A stretch of DNA of 50,852 nt from Octopus bimaculoides (GCF_001194135.2 NC_068982.1:114524243-114575094); one strand, 5' to 3'. Numbered from the stretch's first letter, positions 11,996 through 24,030 are shown. Made by a program: numbers and translations. Notes: generated by a model not told the origin, from the letters alone.

Positions 11996-13564
11996 TTTTC
12001 ATACAAAATATTACAAATATATTTAAACAAATTAACCTGACGTTAACCGAGCGTCATTTAATTTAATAATCATACTGTAAATAGATTATACTGAATGCTA
12101 TCATAAAATAAGTAATGCAATAGTAACTATCGGGCAAGAAAAGCTGTTTGATGCATTATTTAATACTGAAATTAATCACTGAGATGATACCTACTTAAGT
12201 GTAATACTTAAGTTAGTGTCAAAATATTTAATGAAATGAGAACGATACAACTCTAAACAATACATCTTCTGTACTTGACAGCAAGAACAGTGAAGTCTAT
12301 ACCTTTGGAATATGCAGCTAAATACAGACAAGGATATTGTCTGTACGATGCTCATTTCATTAAATATATTAATACGATGTTAATACACAATACACAGGTT
12401 GGAAGGGGGTGGAATTAACATTTATTGAATATTGCTGTTTAGCCAGATATCAACTCTCATGAAGCAAACTATACTCAAAGTCATTCCTTTTTTCTTTCAG
12501 AACTCTGGATTTTGCATTGAACTTCCTTTTAAGGCCACAAGGTGTAATTTTAAGTAGTCATAGCTTCTACTTATAGCAGGTTAAGCGACCACATAGTTGC
12601 ACACTCGTTTACTCGTTTTGTTTTTCATATTTTGTGTATTTTATAGAGTATAAAAAAACAATGAAATAACATTCGGTTATGTTTACAAATATTGGGCATT
12701 CCAATCTCATTTAGTATCTATGAACTAACTGATTGCTGGTTGATATGTCAAACGTGACCCAAGGATGGGCAGAATCAATTCAAATGATTGACTGTAGTAA
12801 TCATGTACCGGAACTGTTGTCATATTTACCATCTTTACGAAGTGTTGTTTCCTTAAGCGTTTTCCTTTTTTCAATTTATAACTTGGTGTGTATTTTCCAA
12901 TATATTCTCGTAGATTTATCTTTTCTTTTTATTATATTTGTTTTGAAAGAGAGATAAAAAAAAACTCTATCTTTCCGCCATTGATCTATATCAATGAATT
13001 CATTGAAATGTTAACAGAGACTCGAATAAGTTTTATCGATTTTTTGTATGGTTTTGTTGTTTTTGTTTTTATTCGTTTTTTTTATCAAACAGATAAAATG
13101 TGACTAGCAATAAAAACAGAATTAAACAAATATTATTGAATTGTTATGGACAAAGTGCAAATTGAAATTTTTGAACTATTAAACTGTATCATTCATCAAC
13201 TGCACCGCCTGCCAAACTGAATAAGATTTATAACATCACAGTACATTGTTGTACAAAATGGAATTGTTTTATATTTAGTAGTCTATACGTGATAATTGGC
13301 ACGTTTTCAGTTTTACCTTTATCTACACATTTTCGTAAACTCGTGAAAACTCTCTCTTGCAAAATCACCTATTTGTTTAACTTTTGCCATCATCATCGTC
13401 ATCATAATCAGCATCATACTTTTCATCCTTTCTGGATTGAAAAAGTGCCAATCTAGTATTGGGATCTATGTAGTCAGCTAAACACTACCCTCAAAATTGC
13501 TGACCTTGCGCATAGATCTGAGACCATTATTATTATAATTATTATTATTGTTGTTGTTGTCATT

Positions 13565-14052
13565 GAGTGAGAGAGCAGTGCATGCCGTCAAAGTGACACT
13601 GGGGTGAAATATACGAAGCCCAGTATACCCATTATGACTACCCGTCTAATAAGGGTACACCAGGCACATGCATCACAACCATATGTGCGCGACATAATGA
13701 TCTCATATCAAGATAAACAGCGCATGACCTTACAGGTGGGGCTCTGTTAGAATTTTCTTCGAGTAGCCCAGCCCGCTCCAAAAGCCCCTGAATAAGGGTC
13801 GTTTAAGGATGTTGAACAAAGGTGAATTATCCAGACCCCAAAGAAATCCTCTCAACACATTACTATGATGCTCTCCCCATTACTTCTCGTGATCAGAGAT
13901 GCACATATCGTCAGCCAGTAAAGGAAATGCTCAACTGGTTACGGTCAAGCAACTGACAAGTAAATCTGTGGTATTGAGCAGAATATTTACTATAGCCCAT
14001 CTTTTATTCCAAGACAAAACAATGTACATGATAACACTTCTAGTCAGTTAAG
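13565..14052 (-). mobile_element. Unclassified ~500-bp interspersed repeat (family X) with AAT/AAC tail, copy 1
   Basis: Collinear with 19219-20156 and 20221-20490 (GAGTGAGAGAGC...TCTCATATCAAGATAAACAGCGCATGAC...CAGTTAAGAT). Orientation inferred from the tail. Confidence 0.8.

Positions 14053-14124
<72 letters not shown>
14053..14124. repeat. (ATT)n = (TAA)n tail or target of the adjacent R4/Dong LINE
   Basis: Direct reading; abuts the LINE 3' UTR. Confidence 0.95.
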
Positions 14125-14864
14125 TAAGACGTCGCACAATATCCAATATCGTGATATCGTCGATTGAAGATATTGCGTCTACCGAGGGTTTGTACTGTCT
14201 GTCAAGTCACAGCAAAGACCTCAGACAGACAGTACTTTACACAATAGGCGTGCAGTTCCAAGTAATGCCGATTCTTGCAATACACCTTGATTGTAGGGTA
14301 TTTCTAAAATTTCCAGATGTTTTTTTCAGGTTTGGTGGTATTGAACCCAGTGCTCCGATGACAATAGGGACAACCTTTGTTTAACTCTCGTAGCTGCCAC
14401 ATCTTAACGATCTCAATTCTCAGATCTCCATATTTATGAATCTTTTCTCCTTTCATGATATGTTGATCTCCTGGCACTGCTACGTCGATTATTAGGCACT
14501 TTTATTTGCTCCTCTTAAAGGTTATTATATCCGGCCCTCAGTGCTCTAACACCTTGTCTGTCTGGAAGTCAAAGTCCCAGAGGATCTTTGCCTTCCTCTT
14601 TTTGTCAATTACCTTTTCCGGTGTATGTTGGTACCAAGCAGCCGTTACCTTGTATCCATACTTCCAGCATAGTAGCCAATGAAGGTTTTGGGCTACTTTG
14701 TCGTGTCTGTGCTTGTACTCTTTCTTTGCAAGACTTTCACAAGCACTAACAATGTGTGTCACGCTTTCAATCCTCTTCCTACACATTCTGCCGAAGTTCG
14801 TTGCACTTCTGAGATATATATCCCTTTTCACTGAATTGGTATTCAATGTCTGATCTAGGCATCG
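14125..14864 (-). mobile_element. 5'-truncated R4/Dong-type non-LTR retrotransposon (zinc knuckle plus restriction-like endonuclease), copy 1
   Basis: GRMCRKRIESVTHIVSACESLAKKEYKHRHDKVAQNLHWLLC...KILWDFDFQTDKVLEH, continuing (frameshifted) to PIVIGALGS...GTARLLCKVLSV* with the stop at 14221-14223. (TAA)n lies on both sides. Confidence 0.9.

Positions 14865-14915
<51 letters not shown>
14865..14915. repeat. (ATT)n microsatellite
   Basis: Direct reading. Confidence 0.95.
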
Positions 14916-14917
<2 letters not shown>

Positions 14918-15320
14918 GGCGGCAGAATCATTTGCACGCCGGGAAAAATGCTTAGCGGCATTTGATCCACCTTTACGTTCTGAGTACAAATTCTGCCAAG
15001 GTGGATTTTGCCTGCCATCATTCCGGGATCGATAAAATAAGTATCAGTAACTGACTTACCACACAAAGATAAAATAAGTACCAAGAACTGACTTACCTCC
15101 ACCCCCAAACTTCTGGCCTTGTGCCAAAATTTGAAACCATTATTTTTATTAAGACGAGGAGCTGCCAGAGTGTTAGCACACTGGACAAAAAGCTTAGGTC
15201 GACTTTACCTTTCAATCTTTCCGCGGTTGATGAAATAAGTACCAGTTGAGCACTGGGGTTGATGCAGTCAACTCCCTGTGCCACAAAATTTCAGGCCTTT
15301 GCCAATAATAAAAAGGATTA
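14916..15320 (+). mobile_element. Two tandem SINE family B copies (about 14916-15140 and 15150-15320)
   Basis: Similar to 29044-29256. The first copy has an internal duplication of ATAAAATAAGTA..A..AACTGACTTACC. Confidence 0.8.
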
Positions 15321-16143
15321 TTATCACTGTTGTTGTTTACAAGCGATGGAAGTTGATTTGCAGCTCATTAATTATCGAATTTTGCTGTATTGAACAAAAT
15401 AGTTTTGGTTTTTGTTGTACCATTTTGTTATTAAGCCAACTCGCACCTCTTGAAGCTAGGTGGCTTGGTGAAATGTTCTCCCCTTCGTAGAGAAATTTTG
15501 AAAATTTAAAAGATAACGTACATATTTTCATATTTAAAAAATAAGTATCACTTGTCAAATCACGTGAAGTGATGGCTTTAGAAGAACCATTATGAAATAG
15601 TTTCCCACCACTACTTGCAATAGTTGACAGACAATGTATGGATAAAAATAGTAATAACAAAAACAACAACGACAGCAACAAAAAGAGACGTGAAAGTAAC
15701 ACTACCGCTATCACCACACCTCACACTGCTACAAATACAAGCCAGAACAACAACAACAACAACAACAACAACAGTAGCAAGCAAGACAAAGAGAACATTG
15801 AGAAAAGCATGATCTCTATGATCATGATCATCGCTACCAACACAAGCTTTAATACAATAAAAACAGTAAACACCGAAAATTGCAAAGAAAGTTGAAATGA
15901 GTTCACGAACGCATACAGAAAACTAGAGGCAGTTTATTTATCGGAAATCCAAAAGCACATCTCACCAAAAATGATAATGTATCTAAAGACACACAACAAA
16001 TTCAAGAGTAACTCAAAGTAAAACAGTATTATAGAAATAAGTTGGACTCAAAACGAGGGAATTTGGGTGATTGATAGAGGCCCACATTGAAAACTACCTT
16101 AAATCAATCTGAGATATAAAAAGCTGTCATTCAAAGAAGACGT

Positions 16144-16570
16144 TTTGACATAGTTGAGGTGAGATTTCAAACCGAGGAATAGGTAAAGGAGAACTTACTA
16201 ACAACCCTAAAGGGCGGTGAACTACCCCTGATTCCAAATTATTTCGATCGGAGACTTCCGAAAATAATTGTGGCCGAGGTACCATCAGAAATAGGTAACT
16301 TCTTCCTGATGGCAGTCGTATTGTACGGCATAGAAAATAAATAAATTACGGCGGCTCATTACTCCCAGAAAATAAATATTTTACCAGGCCACAGATTGGG
16401 AAAGGAAAATTGGTCGGGTATAGGGATAGAAACACACAAAGAAATCACAAAGGCCACCCCTGACTTTAACAACCTCCCAGATGGCTTACAACTTTTCATA
16501 ACCATTGAGAATAGAAAGTCAAGAAGTCATGTATGTGGGGCTCCAATCATCTAAGAGCTTCCTGTCAACT
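16144..16570 (+). pseudogene. LINE ORF1-like remnant with CX2CX4HX4C zinc knuckle
   Basis: FDIVEVRFQTEE*...LIPNYFDRRLPKIIVAEVPSEI...LFITIENRKSRSHVCGAP(-1)HLRASCQ. The first Cys reads AGT and there is a 1-nt deletion before the His. Confidence 0.55.
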
Positions 16571-17481
16571 GTAAAAGAAAGGAGTAGGAAAAATTTCTCT
16601 GTTACAGATACCTTCACCACAACATCAACACCAACAATAAAGGCAGCAACAAGGGCAGCACCAACATCAGCAATATGAAGAGCAGAAGTGCTAGAAACAG
16701 CAACAGCAGCACCAAATCGACGAACAACAGAAACGCACACACAACAGTAGCAAACACTAACAAATTATAGGTAACACTACCCCTACCTAAAGAGATTCTA
16801 TCCACACCAATCAAACAGACTACAAACACAAGCACAGACATACTCAGTTGCGCAGGCACACCGCCTACCCTGCAACAAATTTCTTTGACAGTGAAATCTT
16901 GCCTTGTAAGGAAATCAATTTGGAAGACTCGCCAGAATGGAGAGTTGTTAAGGCGAAGAGAAAAAAGTAGATAATGAAAACGCCGCATTAGACAAAAACA
17001 TGAACGTCTAAGATGCGGTAACATACCGACGATCCGACAAATCCGCAAACAATCACACATTCATACCCGCAAGACCAGCTGAAAACTACAAGTACCTCAA
17101 ACATTAAAAACACTACCAAAATTATAAACACCACAAGAAACGAAAACACACCCCAGTCCACACCAACAACAAGAACAGCACACCCAAACACAACAAAAAG
17201 TCGTCATCAACTACATAACTAACATTGACTTACACAACCATAACTCATATCTACATCATAGCATTCCAATTCATATAAAACTTATTAAACAACGCAAAAA
17301 CTTATAACAAACTAGAAACATTATATTCCAAAAGGACTGGAAGATTTCCGATGAATTTATTATTAAAAGACTATGAAAACTGCTTGTGAGAATGCCCACA
17401 TTTTCCCGGAAGGACAGAACACCTGTCCTTCCACAGAAATGAGATAAGTGATCCTTCTGATTTTCCTCCCTCTTGTTGAAC

Positions 17482-17665
17482 ATGGCTATGCTTAGAATAG
17501 GTAGTGTGAATGCCTGTTCCTTTGGGTTACTTTGGAAGCAGAACCACCTTCTCAACAATCTCAGGTCACTTGATATAACTGTTGTGGTTTTCAGTGAGAC
17601 CAAACTTTCCGAGGTACAAGCTTTGGTGCTCCTCTTCGATGGCGACGAGTTTTACGCGTCTCCAA
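17482..17665 (+). pseudogene. AP-endonuclease (APE) N-terminus of LINE ORF2
   Basis: MAMLRIGSVNACSF...KQNHLLNNLRSLDITVVVFSETKL matches APE motif I (S.NV.G) and motif II (QET) spacing. Confidence 0.75.
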
Positions 17666-18510
17666 GTCTTTACAGCCTTTTCTGGTACATTAATGCACCA
17701 CTTTTCTGAAGTGTTGTATTCATATTTCTACAAAGTAACTAGTGTATGTTGTGACAAATCTTATCACGTCACATATTTTCTGAGCTAAAATTTGCAGTCT
17801 ATGACAATATACTCAATATTTTCTACTTACAGATTACGTAAGTAGCACTTGGTTGCTGAAGCAATAGAATAAATACCCTTGCTCGCTTAACTAGTGTTGC
17901 TTAGTATTTGATTTTGAGCAGCCACAAACAAACTTTCAGTTTTTCTCTTTATATCTCCACTCCGGGGAGTCGTGATTTTTGTATATTTTTGGCGTCTATG
18001 TAGAAGTTTCCACATAAATGTATTTCTTCTAGTTCTTCCTACTTTTCACAAATTATTCGCTTTGGAGTGCTGTCTTCAAGTTTCACGCGAGTAAGTTCTA
18101 ATTCTATTGCAGCATGTTTCAGTAATTCTTCAATCTTTACAATTGAAGTAGTTTACTGATCTTTGCTCTTCAGGCGCACAGTCAGAAATGTCAATAAGTT
18201 CTCTCCCTCCAATCTTGCTTTTTATGCATAAACGACTACAATTGCCTTTAGAATTTTCTCGAGTATATTTCTTCTTTTTCTCTGTCTCATGCCTCTATTT
18301 CATGTTTCACCCAATTCACTATTCCGTCACTACAATGCCCAACGGAACCGGCCATGCATTGATGACATTTATGAGATTCCTTGAATTACGCTTGGACTTC
18401 AATACAAGCTTTAATCTTTTCAAATTTATTGTTTCCACTTTTCCGTTCATTTCGTTATGCATAATATCATCGAGTTCCAGCTTCTAAAATCCGCTCTTTC
18501 GGTAAGTTTA
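17665..18510 (-). mobile_element. Older R4/Dong-type LINE internal fragment (post-RT region plus zinc knuckle), copy 2
   Basis: LKLVLKSKRNSRNLINVINAWPVP...RLCIKSKIGGRELIDISDC...SGDIKRKTESLFVAAQNQ...KCYLRNL*VENIEYIVIDC...EKW..VPEKAV, with many stops. Confidence 0.75.
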
Positions 18511-19218
18511 TTCGATCGTTGCTAACATAGTCAGACATGTTTCAAGTCAATCCTCAAAGCGAATTATTATAAAGTGTACAACTGCATGGAGTAGTGATTT
18601 TTCTTTTTATTTATTTTTTGGGGGACTTATTCGCACTCATAGCGATTTAATGAATTTGAAGGATCTTTCCATTGAGGGTTCACGTAAAGAACAAGTTTTG
18701 TTTCAGATAAAATATTTCGTTTCATTTATCTACACTTATATGTAAAATGGTGACGAATATAGTAAGCACGCCCCGCTAAAAGTAATTCATAATCAAAATT
18801 TTCACACGCTGAACAAAGATTAACAGTAAGACAAAGATGTTTTAAGAGAAAAAAAATAATTAGTTATATTTCCGTTGAAATCGCTGTGTTAAGAACAATG
18901 CAAGTGATATAATTTTTTAAATTGAACTAAGGCATGAATGTTACTGTAAACACCACAAGATATTTAACGAAGTTCAAACTTTTAATATTTCTTGATTTTA
19001 TAAAATGTGAACAGGATACATGACGTGAGCTAAGATGACAGAAAATGAGATGTAAGGAACAGGACACAGAAGAGCAGAAAGTGAATCGCTAAAAGGAGTA
19101 TTGAACAGTAATAGAGAAGAGAAAGTATGAATAAAAGAAATCGAAATGAAAGAATTCTTGAAATTAAGACGTATTTGTCCAATAACTGTGATATTTCTAC
19201 GGGGTGGCTATTATTATT

Positions 19219-20156
19219 GAGTGATAGAACAGTGTGGAGGCGCAATGGCCCAGTGGTTAGGGCAGCGGACTCGCGGTCATAAGATCGCGGTTTCGATTCC
19301 CAGACCGGGCGTTGTGAGTGTTTATTGAGCGAAAACACCTCAAGCTCCACGAGGCTCCGGCAGGGGATGGTGGCGAACCCTGCTGTACTCTTTCACCACA
19401 ACGTTTTCTCACTCTTACTTCTTGTTTCTGTTGTGCCTGTAATTCAAGGGTCAACCTTGTCACACTGTGTCACGCTGAATCTCCCCGAGAACTACGTTAA
19501 GGGTACACGTGTCTGTGGAGTGCTCAGCCACTTGCACGTTAATTTCACGAGCAGGTTGTTCCGTTGATCGGATCAATTGGAACCCTCGACGTCGTAAGCG
19601 ACGGAGTGCCAACAACAACGATAGAACAGCGCATACCATCAAAATGATACTGGAGCATAAATATACGAAACTCAATTTACCCATCATGACTACTCGTCTG
19701 ATAAGGATACACCAAACACATGCTTCACAACCATATATGCATGATATGGTGATCTCATATCAAGATAAACAGCGCATGACTTTGCAGTTAAAATTTTTTC
19801 AAGCTGATTAGCCCATCCCGATCAAAATGTCCATGAAAAATGGTTATGGATGATAACCGAAACGCCCATTTTTCCAGAGGTTGATAATTCAAAACCCCAA
19901 GGAATTCTCCTCAACCCATGGCTGTGATGCTCCCCCACTATTCCCGCTCGTGATGAAAGATGCATGTAATATCAGTCATTAGAGGACGTGCTCAACTAGT
20001 TAAGGTAGAGCAACTGACAAGAAAATCTATGGTACTAAGCAGAATATTTGTTGTAACCCATCTTTTACACCAAGACAAAAGACGTACATGATAATATTTT
20101 CAATCAGTTAAGATCCAAAGTCATGAGAGCTGGTGCCTCGTATTGCATCAGGGCAT
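19219..20156 (-). mobile_element. Family X repeat, copy 2 (interrupted by SINE at 19233-19619)
   Basis: Collinear with 13565-14052 once the SINE and one TSD copy are removed. Confidence 0.8.
19233..19619 (+). mobile_element. Full-length, apparently young tRNA-derived SINE (family C) with target-site duplication
   Basis: A box TGGCCCAGTGG, B box GGTTTCGATTCCC, CpG-rich body, (AAC)n tail, and TSD GATAGAACAG at 19223-19232 and 19620-19629. Confidence 0.9.
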
Positions 20157-20180
20157 CGTTGTTATTTTACTGAGTGAGAG

Positions 20181-20190
20181 NNNNNNNNNN
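20181..20190. other. 10-N assembly gap with a 39-bp duplicated overlap on either side
   Basis: 20142-20180 is identical to 20191-20229. Confidence 0.95.
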
Positions 20191-20220
20191 ATTGCATCAG
20201 GGCATCGTTGTTATTTTACT

Positions 20221-20490
20221 GAGTGAGAGAGCAACGCATACTATCATGGTGACACTGGAGTACAAATATACGAATCCCAATATACCCATCACGACTACCC
20301 GTCTGTTAAGGGCACACCAGGAACTTGCATCACAACCATATGTCTGCGACATGTGGACCTTATATCAAGATAAATAACACATGACCTTGCAGGTTGGGCC
20401 CAGTTAGTATTTTCTTCGGATAGAGTAGCCCATCCCTCTCAAAACGTCCCTGAAAGAGAGTTAAGGATGATGAATGAAACACCTATGTTT
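20221..20490 (-). mobile_element. Family X repeat, copy 3 (partial)
   Basis: Collinear with the first ~290 bp of 13565-14052. Confidence 0.75.
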
Positions 20491-22809
20491 CCCCTGCTGG
20501 TACTAGTGGTGCTGCCGCTGCTGCTGCTGATAATGTCCAAACCTCTGGCTCATATGCCCTTTGTGAGCCAAATGTTGATGTGTATCTTGGTGAGCAACTT
20601 CTAGTTAGTCGGGTGGCTATTTTCTGCATTTTATATTTTAACAAAGATTGCTTCTTTTATTGGTGCAGTTGATATAACAACCTTTACATAGAATGCAATA
20701 TTTCAGAAAGCATTGCAGAGCAGCTGCTAATCGCGAGAAATGTTGTTGCTGACAAAGTCACCATAATTAAGTATCATTCCATCGCACTACCTTTGAGGCA
20801 GCTGACATTATTTTATTTATAATATACTTCCTATTTCGTGTTTTTCTGTTTTGCAACAAATCTTAAGAATTGTAATTCTTCATATTTAGTAATACTTATA
20901 TATATATATGTGGGTGTGTGTGGTTGTGTGTGTATGCATGTATGTTTGTGAGTGTGTGGGCGTGTGTACACACACAGAAGCATACATATATGCATACGTA
21001 TATGCATACACACATACATATATGTATACATACATACATGCATACATACATACACATACTTGATGGTAGTCTTGCGCTTAAACTACTGTTGTGTCCCTAT
21101 GTTGATGAAAGCATACCACACTATCGCAAGAGTGAGACTACACCTCCTAGATATTTACAGGCACATTACTGAACGGCTCCGGCTCACGAACGACCAGAGA
21201 GTCGCAAACACTCCACTTTTTCTACATCCAGGTTATCCCTCAAGAGCAAGAAAACTAAGAAGCAGAAGTAGCTCAATGTTTCAGACTTAGACAATCAAAA
21301 TCCCGCCATCTGTTCATTGTTCTAAGAAACCCAAGTCTTGGAATAAAAGGGCGCAAGAAGTACCTGCACATCAAACTAAGTAATGATAAACGCCTGTTCG
21401 ATACAGAAGCCATTTTCTAATATTTGGACAATTAAAAAGGCAACAAGCAAAAATAGACGAGATGACTAACAGTACAAATGAGACTGTCCTTCTCCCATGC
21501 GAACGAATTTTTATTCAACCTGCCAGTTAACTGCGACAGCAGTGGTTCTTCAGTCACTGTTTTACTATATCAGTAGGGGCTGATTTTGTCTAAGCATGCA
21601 GTTGCCAGCGTATACTTGCTGATGACGAAGCCCAACTAGGCAGAAATACGTATTTAACAAAGCCACCACCGCTACTGGACGGTTTTTGTCTGCTACTCAT
21701 ATATTTCTGAATTTTTTGACACTATATGCTTATAAGAGATGCTAGCTCGATACAACTGCCACAATTTATCAGGCTTTCTACGATGTATCTATTTTAGGTA
21801 TGATACACATATGTTTGTAACAAACATATGCAAGGTGACTAGATGTTGTATAGACAGCAGATGTGTTACCCCGCGCTAGGCACCAACTGACACACATATT
21901 CATGGCGGTCAAACTGCTAGAATCGTTAGGGCATCCAAGTGCATTACGATATTTGTTTCGGCTTACTACTCCTTGAGCGTTTTTCGTTATATATTTTTTT
22001 CCTTCGTCATATTATATATCCCTAGCACATAGTTATGTTTGTAGTTTCTGGTAGATATCTACTTCGATTAGCATACCAATGTCTATAGTTAGAATCATCA
22101 AAGAAAAACGTAAACGGGTCAAAAGCAACTCTGTCAACTGTTTAGCTACAGTGGGAAGTGTATTTCTGCCTATTCTATGTATAAGCCGAATGACAAAAAG
22201 AGACTAAACCTGCCGTCAAATACAAAATAGTATTTCAATTTGTCGTTGTTGTTATTTAGCTATATAGACTTTGAACAGAAAATAAGATCGAATCGAAAAC
22301 AAATTCCAGGAATAATTAACTCTACAGAGATTTTTTTTTAAGTCTACAGAATTTATCGTTCAAACTACTGTTTCTCTTAATCAGTCAAACTGTTATTTCT
22401 CTTCTCATACAGTGTGACCTAAATACAGAATTACATTCGTAGCGCCCGACTTCCATAGCAAGTGTTAGAAACGAAATCTATGCAATTTGAAATAAACGGC
22501 TACATTATTTACAAACGCCACATCGGCTATCAATGATGGAGTGCAGAAATTTCTGAAGTATGCTTCCACCCATAATAAATGTAAATTAAGTAATGAAAGG
22601 AAATCCAACAACTGTCCGTTACATGCAAAACAAAATTTTAACTTTTAGTTGTGATTATGTGTGTATCTGTATGCCCGTGTGTTGATGCATACAACGCCCA
22701 CGTAATGTTTGGTTACAATCAATGCGTAAACATACATATATACATCACACACACGCATATATACGTGTGCATATGCATGTATGTATGTATGTATGTATGT
22801 ATGTATGTA

Positions 22810-22866
<57 letters not shown>

Positions 22867-22946
22867 NNNNNNNNNNNNNNNNNNNNNNNNNNNNNNNNNN
22901 NNNNNNNNNNNNNNNNNNNNNNNNNNNNNNNNNNNNNNNNNNNNNN
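22867..22946. other. Assembly gap within (TATG)n/(TA)n
   Basis: N characters. Confidence 1.
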
Positions 22947-23859
22947 TATATATATAAAGAGATAGAGAGCACGCGATACACGCCAATATATACACTAAGA
23001 TACAAAGTGGAGAAACGCATTCACACAATAAAAAATCTTCACACACGCACAGACATATATCTTAAGTTAAATTCGGGTAACGGGTAGAAATAGAGAAAGA
23101 GGGAGTGAGTAATACATGCATGCATACATACATACATAGACAAAGAACGTTTTATAATGAGTTGATGAGTACTAGAAGATAAACATAAACTAAGTCAATA
23201 GCATTGCTTTTTCCATTTTACTAACGACATATATATCGTTGCACTAATCTAAATACAATGCTGCATTTCTTTATGGGCCATTTTCAATTTCCTTCTTTTA
23301 TCCTATTTCGTTTTGCTTCGTACTTAATTACAATTTTCACCGAATCTTCTCATTTTGCTGTTTCTATATTTAATGCACATTTTATTAAAAATGTATCATT
23401 CATACATACATGTTGTTTAGATATTTACCAATCATATCACATTGTCAGATACTTCACTATTAATTTCCGCAGATAGAATTATTTAAAAAATATCCCCGAT
23501 GCTATTGTTTTCAAAGACTTATCCGCTAAATTCGTCAACTGATCTCAGCAGTTAACTCCAACCTACGACCACAATATTTAAAAGAAAAATTCATAATATT
23601 TCTGACTATTTGTCAACCCTATTGTCCATGTATATTTTTAACTACTTGAATACAACCCACAGAGGAAGCTTCCGCGTTCTTACTCAACGAGTTAGAAATG
23701 ACAACCAAATCTCCCTGATATCACATCCTACTCTTTTGACAAAAAGAACCCTTGAATAGTGTATTCCTAGATATACTTAAAAAACAGGATGGTTTTTGTT
23801 GGAACACTGTTAATAATAGGATTGCTTTATCTCTGCTTACCTCTGGCTCAAAAGTAATA

Positions 23860-24030
23860 ACCTGCAAGAAACAGCAGCCAAATCTCCCCCAAATCACACC
23901 CTGACCTTTTAAAAAGAGAAGACACATTGAATAATGCATTCTTGTATACGCTCAAAAAGATGAGATGATCCTGGTTGGAACGCCGTCGATCAGAGTTCTG
24001 CTCGATCGGGCTAAGCAAGAACAGTTTCCC
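23860..24030 (+). mobile_element. SINE-like family D fragment
   Basis: CCTGCAAGAAACAGCAGCCAAATCTCCCCCAAATCACACCC...GATCAGAGTTCTGCTCGATCGGGCTAA. A second degenerate copy lies at about 23690-23770. Confidence 0.55.

Larger units (their letters stand above)
15640..17665 (+). mobile_element. 5' half of a degenerate L1/Tx1-like LINE (ORF1 plus start of APE-bearing ORF2)
   Basis: An ORF1-like segment ending in a CCHC knuckle remnant is followed about 0.9 kb later by an APE N-terminus in the same orientation. The 5' boundary is uncertain. Confidence 0.6.

Noticed and set aside
19234-19310. tRNA gene
   Set aside because: A and B boxes are present, but the sequence continues into a SINE body with tail and TSD, and no complete cloverleaf was found. 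The same applies to 25820-25892 and 32712-32780.
23841-23861. 21-nt microexon TTCTTGCAG|GTTATTACTTTTGAGCCAGAG|GTAAGC (VITFEPE) on the minus strand
   Set aside because: The acceptor is part of the family D repeat and no neighbouring exons could be linked. At most it is a cryptic exonisation candidate.
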